Part shown: positions 18,216 through 27,330 of the stretch, in pieces
Layout: each line of letters opens with the position of its first letter
Numbering within the stretch: the first letter of the stretch is position 1
Origin: Bryobacterales bacterium
GTDB taxonomy: Bacteria; Acidobacteriota; Terriglobia; Bryobacterales; Bryobacteraceae
DNA length: 64,000 nt
NCBI GenBank assembly: GCA_025463005.1
Contig: JAOAPR010000248.1
Location: 2,705-66,704 of the forward strand
Direction of reading: 5' to 3'
Translations under genes and position numbers: made by a program
The notes under the pieces: generated by a model
The model's database searches: none
The model's input: only the letters and a program-made list of their open reading frames with translations
Told to the model about the DNA's origin: nothing

Positions 18216-18869
18216 TTAACGAGCCAGCGCCTCGCGGATCCGCTTGAGGTTGGACGCGCCTGCGTCCGTTAATGGCGCGGTTTCCCTCTTGGGACTCGCC
18301 GGACTCGCCAGCCCCACAGCCCTGATCAGCGGCATCACCACTTCGGGCGTCGGTGGATTCATTTCCAGGTAATCCATGCCTTCGACAGTGATCAGAAGAT
18401 TGCTCTTGTCATCGCTCGTAACCAGGTTTCGCTGTTTCAGGTACCACAGCGCGAAGTTCAACCCCTCCGCCGTAGTTTCGAGTACGTTTTCGACTCTTCG
18501 CATCGATAGGCCCGGCGTGAACGGATTGAGGCGGCGGCGGTCGTACAGAAGGCAAAGCACAGCAGCGCGCAAGGCGGTTTCGTGCCCCAGGGCCGCGAAA
18601 AAATCCAGTCCGCTGAAATTGAACTCGGTCTTTTCCTCTCCGCCGCTTTTTAGCTTGTCGAACTCAACCCTCAGCAGCGGGTCGGACAAAACTTCGTACG
18701 CCAGGTTGATGGCGTCAAACTTGACAGGATCTCCGGTTTCGGCATTTCGCGGATGATACTTCTGCGCCTGTTTGCTATATGCCTGATGGATCGTCTCCAG
18801 GTCTGACTTGATATCGATCTCGAGAACCTTATAGTGATCCTGAAACTTGCCGGCGAGAGGAGCTGACAT
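18216..18869 (-). CDS. J-domain protein with non-canonical HPR tripeptide and uncharacterised C-terminal domain
   Basis: DHYKVLEIDIKSDLETIHQAYSKQAQKYHPRNAETGDPVKFDAINLAYEVLSDPLLRVEFDKL has the J-domain helix II/III pattern, with HPR in place of HPD. Confidence 0.7.
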   Translation of the reverse strand: MSAPLAGKFQDHYKVLEIDIKSDLETIHQAYSKQAQKYHPRNAETGDPVKFDAINLAYEVLSDPLLRVEFDKLKSGGEEKTEFNFSGLDFFAALGHETALRAAVLCLLYDRRRLNPFTPGLSMRRVENVLETTAEGLNFALWYLKQRNLVTSDDKSNLLITVEGMDYLEMNPPTPEVVMPLIRAVGLASPASPKRETAPLTDAGASNLKRIREALAR

Positions 18870-18925
18870 AGGGGTTCAGCTTCTATCGGCAGAAGTGAGG
18901 CGGGTCTTAAGGCCCGCGAAGAAAC

Positions 18926-19000
18926 GGGGCTGCCTCCGATTTCGAAGAACGATTCTTGCGCCATCCGGGCGCGGCGAGCCGAGATCGGCTGGCTGTCCCC
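18926..19000. repeat. Palindromic ~76-nt intergenic repeat, copy a
   Basis: GGGGCTGCCTCCGATTTCGAA...GAGATCGGCTGGCTGTCCCC. The termini match copies at 21675-21750 (same orientation) and 34305-34380 (inverted). The arms are mutually complementary. Confidence 0.8.
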
Positions 19001-19007
19001 GTTTCGC

Positions 19008-20471
19008 TTAGAACGGATACTTCGCCGGCGTACCACTCACCGTAATCCACTGCCACTCGGTAAACTCATCCAGATTTGTCGTGCTCCCGAACCGCGATCC
19101 GTTCCCCGATGCTCCCATGCCGCCCATCGGAATTCCGGGATGATCCGCCACCGTCTGATCGTTGATGTGCACCATGCCGGCCTTGATCCGCCGGGCCATT
19201 CTCATCCCGCGGTCTACCGATCCGGTCTGGACCGCCGCCGCCAGGCCGTAGCCCGTCCCGTTGGCGAGCTCCACCGCTTCATCATCGTCCTCGGCGATCG
19301 TCACCGGCGCAACTGGCCCGAAAATCTCTTCGTCGTAGGCCCGCATGCCGACTTTCACGCTGCCCAGCACCGTCGGCTTGTAGAACAGACCCTCGTGAGT
19401 GCCGCCCGTCACCACTTTCGCGCCCGATTTCACTGAATCTTTGACGATCCCATCGACTCGATTCAGCTGCTTCTCGCTGATGAGCGGCCCGATCGCCACC
19501 TGCGCGCGAAATGGATCGCCCACCGGCAGCGCCGCCGCGTGTTCGGCCAGCTTTTTCATGTACTCGGCCGCGACCTTCTTATGCACGATATGACGGCTGG
19601 TGGCCATGCACACTTGCCCCTGGTGCAGGAACGATCCCCAAGCGCCGCATGAAGCCGCTGCATCCAGATCTGCGTCATCCAGGATGATCATCGGGCTGTT
19701 GCCGCCGAGCTCCAGCGAAACTTTCTTCAGCCCCTTGCCAGCCAGTTCGCCGACGCGACGCCCCACCGCGCTCGATCCCGTGAACGTGACCAGCCTCACT
19801 GCCGGCGCTGTGACCAGCGCCTCGCCCACTTCCGGTCCACCGGGAATCACGCTCAACACACCCGCCGGCAAGCCCGCCAGCTCGAACACCCGAGCCAGCA
19901 GGTACCCGCCCGTCACCGGAGTCTGATGATCCGGTTTCAGCACCACCGCATTACCCAACGCCAGCGCCGGGGCGACCGAGCGCATGGCCAGCACCAGCGG
20001 CACGTTCCATGGTGTGATCACGCTGACCACGCCGACCGGAACGCGTATCGCCATGCTCATCCGTTCCGGAGATGTGGGCGGCAGTATTTCACCGATGGGC
20101 TGGATCAAAATCGCGGCAGAATGGTATAGCTCACCCGTCGCGATCGCCACTTCGTAACCCGCCTTGGGGGCCACGCCGCCCGTCTCGCGGATGATGAAGT
20201 CCATGATCTCTTTCGAATAGCTCTCGATGATCCGAGCCGCATCGCGCATGATTCGCGCACGCTCTTCCGCCGGTTTAGCAGCCCATGCGGGCTGGGTCTT
20301 GGCAGCTCGCTCGGTCAGTTCCACTGCAAGCTCGGGCGTCCCGCCGCCTGCGGTGCCTAGCGATTCCCCGGTCGCCGGCTCACGCACAGGAATCGTCTTG
20401 GGCGCAGTTTTCCATTCGCCATCGAAATACTTGTTTTCCCAGATGGCGCTATCCAGAAGTTTGTCTGACAT
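19008..20471 (-). CDS. NAD(P)-dependent aldehyde dehydrogenase family protein
   Basis: 487 aa. ..VSLELGGNSPMII.. and ..FLHQGQVCMATSR.. (catalytic Cys region) are canonical ALDH motifs. No signal peptide. Confidence 0.9.
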   Translation of the reverse strand: MSDKLLDSAIWENKYFDGEWKTAPKTIPVREPATGESLGTAGGGTPELAVELTERAAKTQPAWAAKPAEERARIMRDAARIIESYSKEIMDFIIRETGGVAPKAGYEVAIATGELYHSAAILIQPIGEILPPTSPERMSMAIRVPVGVVSVITPWNVPLVLAMRSVAPALALGNAVVLKPDHQTPVTGGYLLARVFELAGLPAGVLSVIPGGPEVGEALVTAPAVRLVTFTGSSAVGRRVGELAGKGLKKVSLELGGNSPMIILDDADLDAAASCGAWGSFLHQGQVCMATSRHIVHKKVAAEYMKKLAEHAAALPVGDPFRAQVAIGPLISEKQLNRVDGIVKDSVKSGAKVVTGGTHEGLFYKPTVLGSVKVGMRAYDEEIFGPVAPVTIAEDDDEAVELANGTGYGLAAAVQTGSVDRGMRMARRIKAGMVHINDQTVADHPGIPMGGMGASGNGSRFGSTTNLDEFTEWQWITVSGTPAKYPF

Positions 20472-20475
20472 AAGT

Positions 20476-21258
20476 CTATTGTGCAGGTCTCACGAACAGA
20501 GTCGGATTCTTCAGCAGCTCCTCAAAGCGCTGGATATCCTGGTTGTCGGCGATGCACTCGTACTCGCGCAGCCTCTCCCCAGGCCGCAGCGAGAGGAACG
20601 AAGACGGCAGATTCCATTTCTTGGTGAATACCTTCGGATCTTCGATGAGCACATCGTAGGTGATCGTGTCGTAATCCACACGACGATACTGCTCGACCAC
20701 GTGCAGCGCATCGCTGTGAATCGACGCGCCGTTGCTCAGCCAGGTTTTGTCGTTGAACCCGACCACATCCACCACCAGCGTGTCGCCCTCCCAATGGCCT
20801 ACCGAATCTCCCATAAAAGATGGATCGATATCGTCCGGATGCCCGCGGCCATCGGTCGGAATCACGCGAAACGCGTGAAAAGTTTCGTACAGGAAGATCA
20901 CCTCATCCTTGGTCTGCACGATCTTGATCGGCAGCGGCATCGAAGTGATTCTCGGGACGCCTACCAGCAAGCACCGCCCGCTAGGGTCGTCGATGGACCT
21001 GCGGTCGCGGATCTCTTTCAGTCGCGGCTGGACCCAATCCTGATAAGGAGCAGGTTCCCGAGCCGCACCCTGAGTCGTCGCGGCATCCGGACGAGCCGCT
21101 TTCGCGTTATCGACGCCGATCGCAAACGACAATCCCGCCGCTCCGCCGCCTTGCCAGATACCCGATAAATCCGGTTTGCCGTCGGCGGTTTTCGGCACCG
21201 GCGGTTTTTGCGCCACCGCAAGAGAGACCCACAAAATCACAGGGATCAGGTGTTTCAA
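20476..21258 (-). CDS. Secreted hypothetical protein (partner 'B' of the duplicated two-gene cassette), copy 1
   Basis: TTG 21258 is preferred (AGGAGG 6 nt upstream; it overlaps the upstream stop as TTGA). Signal peptide LKHLIPVILWVSLAVAQ. Collinear with 42483-43292: DLSGIW/DLTGVW, DDPxGxC, GHPDD.DP, GxWExDTLVVDxVGFNDKxW, LHxVExY, EYxC. Confidence 0.75.
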   Translation of the reverse strand: MKHLIPVILWVSLAVAQKPPVPKTADGKPDLSGIWQGGGAAGLSFAIGVDNAKAARPDAATTQGAAREPAPYQDWVQPRLKEIRDRRSIDDPSGRCLLVGVPRITSMPLPIKIVQTKDEVIFLYETFHAFRVIPTDGRGHPDDIDPSFMGDSVGHWEGDTLVVDVVGFNDKTWLSNGASIHSDALHVVEQYRRVDYDTITYDVLIEDPKVFTKKWNLPSSFLSLRPGERLREYECIADNQDIQRFEELLKNPTLFVRPAQ

Positions 21259-21647
21259 TTGCCACCTCCTGTTCCCGCAGGAGGACCGGACAAAATCTTC
21301 TTGCCATCTGCCAGCGTTATTTCGCGCGAATGCGCCAGGTTCATGCCGTTCCGCGCGCGCCACGCGAACACCGTAACGCTGTCGCCGATCTTCAGCGTCA
21401 CATCGCGCTTCCAGCCCTGGCGAACCAGCATGTTGGGCGGGAACCCCTCGAATTTCCACTCCTCGACCTTGCCCTTTTCATCCGTCACATCCATATAAAA
21501 ATGCATGTGCGGATTCTCCCATTCGACCTTGGTAACCACACCCTTCAGCGTGATGGGTTTTTCGCCGTCGTACTCGGCTGCGAAGGAGTGGTGGGCGAAC
21601 GCCGGGGCCGCGATTACCAGAACAGCCAGGATCAAAAGGGCTCGCAT
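21255..21647 (-). CDS. Small secreted DUF6152-like protein (partner 'A' of the cassette), copy 1
   Basis: ATG 21647 lies within ORF 21255..21788. Signal peptide MRALLILAVLVIAAPAFA, so the mature N-terminus is HHSFAAEYD. ..LKGVVTKVEWENPHMHFYMDV.. Paralog of 43304-43705. Confidence 0.8.
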   Translation of the reverse strand: MRALLILAVLVIAAPAFAHHSFAAEYDGEKPITLKGVVTKVEWENPHMHFYMDVTDEKGKVEEWKFEGFPPNMLVRQGWKRDVTLKIGDSVTVFAWRARNGMNLAHSREITLADGKKILSGPPAGTGGGN

Positions 21648-21674
21648 CGAATAAACCCCCAAGCCAGTATACAA

Positions 21675-21750
21675 GGGGACTGCCTCCAATTTCGATGAAC
21701 GAACTCCACCGCTGTCCGGAGCATTCCCCGAAATTGGCTGGCTGTCCCCC
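21675..21750. repeat. Palindromic ~76-nt intergenic repeat, copy b
   Basis: GGGGACTGCCTCCAATTTCGATGAA...CCCCGAAATTGGCTGGCTGTCCCC lies between the divergent cassette and thrC starts. Confidence 0.8.
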
Positions 21751-21790
21751 CTGGTCACCCTCGACTTCTGATCTCCTATAACAAGCAACC

Positions 21791-22963
21791 ATGCCTAACG
21801 TCAGCCATCTCGAATGCAGCCTCTGCGCTACCCGATTTGAACCCAACCAGATTCACAACCTGTGCTCCTGCGGCGGAACGCTCTACGTGCGTTACGATCT
21901 CCCGGCGATCAAAGCAACCTGGACCCGTAACAGCCTGCGATCCGCCCGTCCCGATCTCTGGCGCTACCTTCCCATTCTTCCGCCCCAGCAGCCCGAATCC
22001 ATCGTATCTCTCGGCGAAGGCATGACCCCGCTGATCCGCGCCCGTCGCCTGGGCGGCACTATCGGCGCGCAACAGCTTTGGGTCAAAGACGAGGGGCTGA
22101 ATCCCACGGCGTCTTTCAAGGCCCGCGGCATGACTACCGCGATCACCATGGCGCGCGAGCTCGGCATCCGCAAGATCGCCATCCCGTCCGCTGGAAACGC
22201 CGCCAGCGCTGCGGCCGCCTATGCCGCCGCCGCGGGAATGGAAGCGCACATCTTCATGCCGGCCGACGTTCCCCAAGCCAACTACATCGAGTCCAAAACG
22301 CTCGGCGCAATCGTCACGCTGGTAGACGGGCTCATCAGCGATTGCGCCCGCATCGTCGCCGAGCGTAAGGATCGCGAAGGCTGGTTCGATATGAGCACCC
22401 TCAAAGAGCCCTACCGCGTCGAAGGCAAGAAAACGATGGGTTACGAAGTCGCCGAACAATTCGATTGGGAGCTGCCCGATGCGATCTTTTATCCCACCGG
22501 CGGCGGTGTCGGCATGATCGGCATGTGGAAAGCGTTCGACGAGATGGAACAGCTCGGCTGGATTTCCTCTAAGCGTCCTAAGATGATTGCCGTCCAAGCC
22601 GCGGGCTGCCAGCCGATTGTCCAGGCGTTCGAGCAGAGCGCATCGCGCGCCGAATTCTGGCAGAACGCCTCCACCCTTGCCGCTGGCCTGCGCGTTCCCA
22701 AGCCGCTCGGCGACGCGCTGATCTTGAATATCATCCGCGCGAGCAAGGGAACCGCCATCGCCATCAGCGACGAAGAAATTCTTGATGGCGGCCGGGAGCT
22801 CGCGTCCCTGGAAGGAATCTTCGCGGCGCCCGAGGGTGCTGCCTGTGTGACCGCTGCGCGCAAACTGATCGCGAATCAGTTTCTGGAACCTACCGATCGC
22901 ATCGTACTCTACAACACCGGCTCCGGCCTGAAATATCTCGATGCTTACTCGCCTCGTAAGTAG
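21791..22963 (+). CDS. thrC: Threonine synthase (short form with N-terminal Cys-rich ribbon)
   Basis: LECSLCATRF..NLCSCGGTLYVRYDL, the PLP-lysine motif NPTASFKARGM, and ..PSAGNAASAAAAYAA.. and ..YNTGSGLKY, typical of ThrC. Confidence 0.85.
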   Translation: MPNVSHLECSLCATRFEPNQIHNLCSCGGTLYVRYDLPAIKATWTRNSLRSARPDLWRYLPILPPQQPESIVSLGEGMTPLIRARRLGGTIGAQQLWVKDEGLNPTASFKARGMTTAITMARELGIRKIAIPSAGNAASAAAAYAAAAGMEAHIFMPADVPQANYIESKTLGAIVTLVDGLISDCARIVAERKDREGWFDMSTLKEPYRVEGKKTMGYEVAEQFDWELPDAIFYPTGGGVGMIGMWKAFDEMEQLGWISSKRPKMIAVQAAGCQPIVQAFEQSASRAEFWQNASTLAAGLRVPKPLGDALILNIIRASKGTAIAISDEEILDGGRELASLEGIFAAPEGAACVTAARKLIANQFLEPTDRIVLYNTGSGLKYLDAYSPRK

Positions 22964-22982
22964 GTTTGGCGTCCTTTACAAT

Positions 22983-24335
22983 GTGGGCGTGGGTATACCC
23001 CGCCGCGACTTCCTCCTCCTCGCCGCCGCCGCTGTCCTACGAGGCGAAGATCGTCCCAACCGCGACATGCTCACCCGCTCTGTTCGCCCCGAGGATCTTG
23101 AGATGCCGCTATCCGGTTTCTCGGACTACCTCACCCCGGCCGAGCATTTCTTCGTTCGTACGCACGTCTACGTTCCCTCCGTAAATCTCAACGAATGGCG
23201 CCTCAAGGTCGATGGCCAGGTCGCAACGCCGCTCGCTCTCACCATAGACGACCTGAAAAAACTGCCCGCCGTCGAACTCATCAGCGTTCTTGAATGCGCC
23301 GGTAACGGTCGCGCCTTCTACCAGCCTCCTGTGCCTGGCCTGCAATGGGGCAACGGCGCCGTCGGCAACGCGCGCTGGCGCGGGGTGCGCCTGGCCGACG
23401 TGCTCAAACGCGCCCGCTTGGAACCCTCAGCCCGCGAGATTCTTTTCGATGGCGCCGATGTTCCGCTCGGCACGATGCCGGATTTTCAACGTTCCATCCC
23501 GTTGAACAAAGCCCTTGACCCCGACACGCTTCTCGCATACGAAATGAACGGCGAGACGCTCCCCGTGAAACACGGGTTCCCTTTGCGGGTGATAGCTCCC
23601 GGGTGGGCGGGCGATTCCTGGGTCAAGTGGCTCACCTCCATTCGTGTTTTCGACCAGGAAAACGACGGTTTTTGGATGAAGAGCGCCTATCGCCACCCCG
23701 GACGGCCCGTAGCTCCCGGCACGCCTGTCCCCGCCGACCGTATGCAGCCGGTCACCAGCCTGCGTGTTAAGAGTGTCATCGCTGGGCCGCTCGATGGCGC
23801 GCAACTCGATCCCGGGCGTCCCACGACTATCCGTGGCGTGGCTTGGGGAGGTGAGCCAATTACTGCGGTCGAAGTCAGCGTCGACGGCGGCCGTTCGTGG
23901 AAACCGGCAGCGTTGCAATCCAACCAGCGCACACGCTTCGGCTGGCGCCAGTGGGAATTTCCCTGGACGCCGCCACAAGCCGCTTACTACACTATCCTCG
24001 CGAGGGCCCGCGACGCGTCTGGCAACACCCAACCGCTCGACCAGGAATGGAACCCGTCCGGCTATCTCTGGAACGTGGTTCCGCGAGTCCATGTGAATGT
24101 GGGGGACTCCGCCCCGGCGCCTTCCGTCACGTCACAAACTACACCCCAGGCCCCGCCTCCGCCGCCACCCGCGTTCAGCAACTGCCTGGTCTGTCACAAC
24201 GACGACGTCATCCACCAGCAGCGCCTTACGCGCACGCAGTGGAATGCCGAGATCAATAAGATGACCGGCTGGGGCGCCCGGGTCGACGATGCCAGCCGCA
24301 ATGCACTCCTCGATTACCTCGACAAGTTGCGCTGA
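22983..24335 (+). CDS. Sulfite-oxidase-family molybdopterin oxidoreductase fused to a C-terminal c-type cytochrome domain
   Basis: GTG 22983 or 22989 is preferred because ORF start 22941 overlaps thrC. Tat-like GIPRRDFLLLAAAAVL. ..HFFVRTH.., the Mo-ligand motif SVLECAGNGR, and ..GFPLRVIAPGW.G...VKWL.. The C-terminus has CLVCH followed by ..QQRLTRTQWNAEINKM. Confidence 0.8.
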   Translation: MGVGIPRRDFLLLAAAAVLRGEDRPNRDMLTRSVRPEDLEMPLSGFSDYLTPAEHFFVRTHVYVPSVNLNEWRLKVDGQVATPLALTIDDLKKLPAVELISVLECAGNGRAFYQPPVPGLQWGNGAVGNARWRGVRLADVLKRARLEPSAREILFDGADVPLGTMPDFQRSIPLNKALDPDTLLAYEMNGETLPVKHGFPLRVIAPGWAGDSWVKWLTSIRVFDQENDGFWMKSAYRHPGRPVAPGTPVPADRMQPVTSLRVKSVIAGPLDGAQLDPGRPTTIRGVAWGGEPITAVEVSVDGGRSWKPAALQSNQRTRFGWRQWEFPWTPPQAAYYTILARARDASGNTQPLDQEWNPSGYLWNVVPRVHVNVGDSAPAPSVTSQTTPQAPPPPPPAFSNCLVCHNDDVIHQQRLTRTQWNAEINKMTGWGARVDDASRNALLDYLDKLR

Positions 24336-24338
24336 GCT

Positions 24339-27275
24339 CTAGAACGTGATCTTTGCCGCGAGCTGTAAGATGCGCGGATCGAAGCTCGACGTGGGCGTCA
24401 GGAATGCGGCATTCGGCGTGAAGACCCCAGTGGCTGCCGAGAAGCTGTATTGCGACGTCGTGATGGCATTGAAGTTCACGTGATTGGGCAAGTTGAAGGC
24501 CTCGAAGATCAGCTTCAATGCTGCGCGTTCCTTGTACAAAGCGATATCGCGACTGATCCGGATATCCAATTGGGCGAATCCGGGCGCTTCGAAAGTATTG
24601 CGTCCGACTCCCGGCGGACGATCCGAACTGCTGTTGGCGTCATTGTTGGGGTCGCCGCTTCCAACCCCAGCCGTCAGCGGACGTCCGCTTTGGAGCGTAG
24701 TGATCAATGAGAACTGATAGCCACGTAGAACCGCCCGCGTGATGGGGTTCGAGAGCGAAGCTCCATAGTTGATGTTCCAGATCCCGGACAGCACGAAGCG
24801 ATGGCGAATATCCGCGTTGGCCCGTCCGCGATCGGCATTCGGGTTTAGCGTGTCCTGCACGTTCTTGCTGTCGTCCGTACCCACGACTACAGAGGTAAAA
24901 TCCGGCCTGTCATCGATCGCCTTAGAGAACGTATAGGAGGTTTGCACCTGGAAGTTCTGCGTGAAGCGCTTGGAAAGCTGGATGAATCCGCCGTGATAGA
25001 TGGAATCGGCGCCGCTGTCGAACATGCTGATCCGCCCAAATGCCGGATTTACCCGGCCGGGATGCCGATAATACGTCATAGGAGTTCCGTTGGGGAGCGT
25101 GCCCTGTAAGGCCACGGCCGGAAGCAGGTTGATATCGCGCGTCCGCGTGAGGTGTTCGCCCCGCACTCCCAAATAACCGAGCGTAACTGCGTAGTCCCGG
25201 CCGAACTGCCGTTCCAGATTGAAGCTCCACTGGTGCGTCACCGGCTGCACGTAGTCCGGCGCGAACACATAGATATCGGGCGTCCGATTCAATGCCGGCG
25301 GGGCTGAGAGGATGCTGGGATAGGTAGGGATATTGGAGAACAGCGTGAAGGTGGGGACCTGGATGCCATTCTGAGTGAAGGCTGTGCCGGTCAGAATGCT
25401 GGGCGTCCTTCCATAGAAGTTCCCGTATCCGCCGCGGATTACCATATTGCCGCGGTTCGATAGTTTGTATGCGAACCCGAAGCGCCCTGCCAGATTATTG
25501 GTATCCAGATTGATCTTGCTGGTATCGAGACCCATGGCGGCAAGACCGGGATTGGGGTTTTTAACGGGCGGAGCTGCGTAGTCGAACAGGTCGTAGCGGA
25601 CGCCGTAGTTCAGCGTCAGGCGCTCTGTCACGCGCCAGGAATCCTGTGCATAAAAACCGTATTCTCCGGCGTTGGGGCGCGAGAGAGGTCCGTCAGTGTT
25701 GGGTCCGGCGAATGCCTGCGTGAAGCTGAACGGGTTGTTATTGGCGAGATCCGCATAGCTGTTGAACGTAAACGATCCGCTGAAATTCCCGGGGAAAAAG
25801 TTGTCGATGCGCTGCCAGATCAAATCTGCGCCTGCCTTAAAGTTGTGCTTTCCACGAACTTGGGATAAACTTTCCGCCACCTGATACGTCTTCGCGTTGG
25901 TATAACGCGGGCTGAAATTATTTCTTCCGAAGCTGAGCACCGTCGTGCCGCCCTGTCGTAAAACCACTTCCGGAGCCGCAGAATTTGCTTCGCCGGGCTC
26001 GTTGTCGCGCGTGTAAGTGAAGCGCGATTCGAGAAGTGTGCTCGGTGACAGCACGAAGGTGTGCGTGCCAGAGATGTTATCCGTTGTCACTGTTGCGTTA
26101 CCGGTATGGCCCTGCGCACTGGTCTGCCCGCCGTTTTCGTAATTCACGCCGGTGAAACGATTCGCGTTGTAGCGCACGCTCAGGCGCTGGTCGCTGGAGA
26201 GATTGAAATCCACCTTCCCTAGGTAGACGTTATTGTTCAGGCTCTGAGCGTAGGGTGTCAGGTATTGCTGGATCAGCGCGAAACCCGCCTGCGAGGCGGC
26301 GTCGGCCGGAGCCTTGGCGGCCGGGATCACGGTTACAGGAGAGTTATTCCGCTGGCCATCGTAATCGAAAAAGAAAAATACTTTGTTCTTCAATACCGGT
26401 CCGCCGATGTTGCCGCCAAACTGGTTGAAGTGATAGTTTCGCTTGGGCGCGCCGATCCGGTTGTTCTCCCAACTGTTCGCGTTGAGTCCCTTATCGCGAA
26501 AGAACTCGAATACCGTCCCGTGAAATTGGTTTGTGCCGCTCTTGGTGATCGCGTTGATCACGCCGCCGCCGGCCCGCCCTATCTCGGCGGCATAACTATT
26601 AGTGGACACCTGAAATTCCTGAATCGCATCCTGGCTGAAGCTGTATGGACTTCGGCCGGTTCCCGCGCGGCCCGTCGATTGACCAAAGAATGTGTTGTTG
26701 GCATCGGAACCGTCTACCTGTAAGCTGTTCGCCGTGCCTCGCTGGCCGCCAAAAGAGAAGTCCCCCGAACGGCTCGGATCTCGGATCACGCCGGGCGCAG
26801 TCAGCGCGATGTCCAGTATGTTCCTTCCATTAACGGGGAGCTGTTCCACCGCCTGGCTGGTGATTGTCGTGGATGTGGCCGACCGCGTCGTCTCAACTAC
26901 GGGCGTTTCCGAAATGACGTCGACCGAATCGGACGTGGCGCCGATTTCCAGTTTTTGATCGAGCGTCACGTTGCCACCCACTGTGAGCGACACTTGGCTC
27001 AGCTTGGCTGTCTTGAACCCCGTCTTCTCCACCGCAACGTCATAGGCTCCCACCGGCAGTGATGCGAAACTATAGACGCCGGCGTTGCTCGTCACCGTCG
27101 TCCGCGTCAATCCGGTAGCGGTTTGAGTTGCCGTGACTTTTGCGTCGGCAATCACTGCTCCCGACGCATCTGTGATCGTTCCATTAAGCGTGGCGCTCCC
27201 GATCTGCGATTGTCCGTTCGACAATCCAGCGAGTAGGCACACCCCGAGTGCCGCGAAGGCGAGTTTTGAAAGCAT
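24339..27275 (-). CDS. TonB-dependent receptor with carboxypeptidase-regulatory-like N-terminal domain
   Basis: Signal peptide MLSKLAFAALGVCLLAGLSNGQ. ..LNGTITDASGAVIADAKVTATQ..GVYSFASLPVGAYDV.. 978 aa, ending ..AAKITF with a terminal Phe. Confidence 0.9.
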   Translation of the reverse strand: MLSKLAFAALGVCLLAGLSNGQSQIGSATLNGTITDASGAVIADAKVTATQTATGLTRTTVTSNAGVYSFASLPVGAYDVAVEKTGFKTAKLSQVSLTVGGNVTLDQKLEIGATSDSVDVISETPVVETTRSATSTTITSQAVEQLPVNGRNILDIALTAPGVIRDPSRSGDFSFGGQRGTANSLQVDGSDANNTFFGQSTGRAGTGRSPYSFSQDAIQEFQVSTNSYAAEIGRAGGGVINAITKSGTNQFHGTVFEFFRDKGLNANSWENNRIGAPKRNYHFNQFGGNIGGPVLKNKVFFFFDYDGQRNNSPVTVIPAAKAPADAASQAGFALIQQYLTPYAQSLNNNVYLGKVDFNLSSDQRLSVRYNANRFTGVNYENGGQTSAQGHTGNATVTTDNISGTHTFVLSPSTLLESRFTYTRDNEPGEANSAAPEVVLRQGGTTVLSFGRNNFSPRYTNAKTYQVAESLSQVRGKHNFKAGADLIWQRIDNFFPGNFSGSFTFNSYADLANNNPFSFTQAFAGPNTDGPLSRPNAGEYGFYAQDSWRVTERLTLNYGVRYDLFDYAAPPVKNPNPGLAAMGLDTSKINLDTNNLAGRFGFAYKLSNRGNMVIRGGYGNFYGRTPSILTGTAFTQNGIQVPTFTLFSNIPTYPSILSAPPALNRTPDIYVFAPDYVQPVTHQWSFNLERQFGRDYAVTLGYLGVRGEHLTRTRDINLLPAVALQGTLPNGTPMTYYRHPGRVNPAFGRISMFDSGADSIYHGGFIQLSKRFTQNFQVQTSYTFSKAIDDRPDFTSVVVGTDDSKNVQDTLNPNADRGRANADIRHRFVLSGIWNINYGASLSNPITRAVLRGYQFSLITTLQSGRPLTAGVGSGDPNNDANSSSDRPPGVGRNTFEAPGFAQLDIRISRDIALYKERAALKLIFEAFNLPNHVNFNAITTSQYSFSAATGVFTPNAAFLTPTSSFDPRILQLAAKITF

Positions 27276-27330
27276 GTTTCGTATAGTATCAAGAAATCGT
27301 TGCTTTTCTGTGACAGAAACGAGCTATCGA

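Noticed and set aside
27133-27330. Upstream extension of the sulfatase ORF, overlapping the start of the receptor at 24339-27275.
   Set aside because: The Tat-like signal and the sulfatase homology begin at Met 27331. The extension overlaps the divergent gene's coding start.
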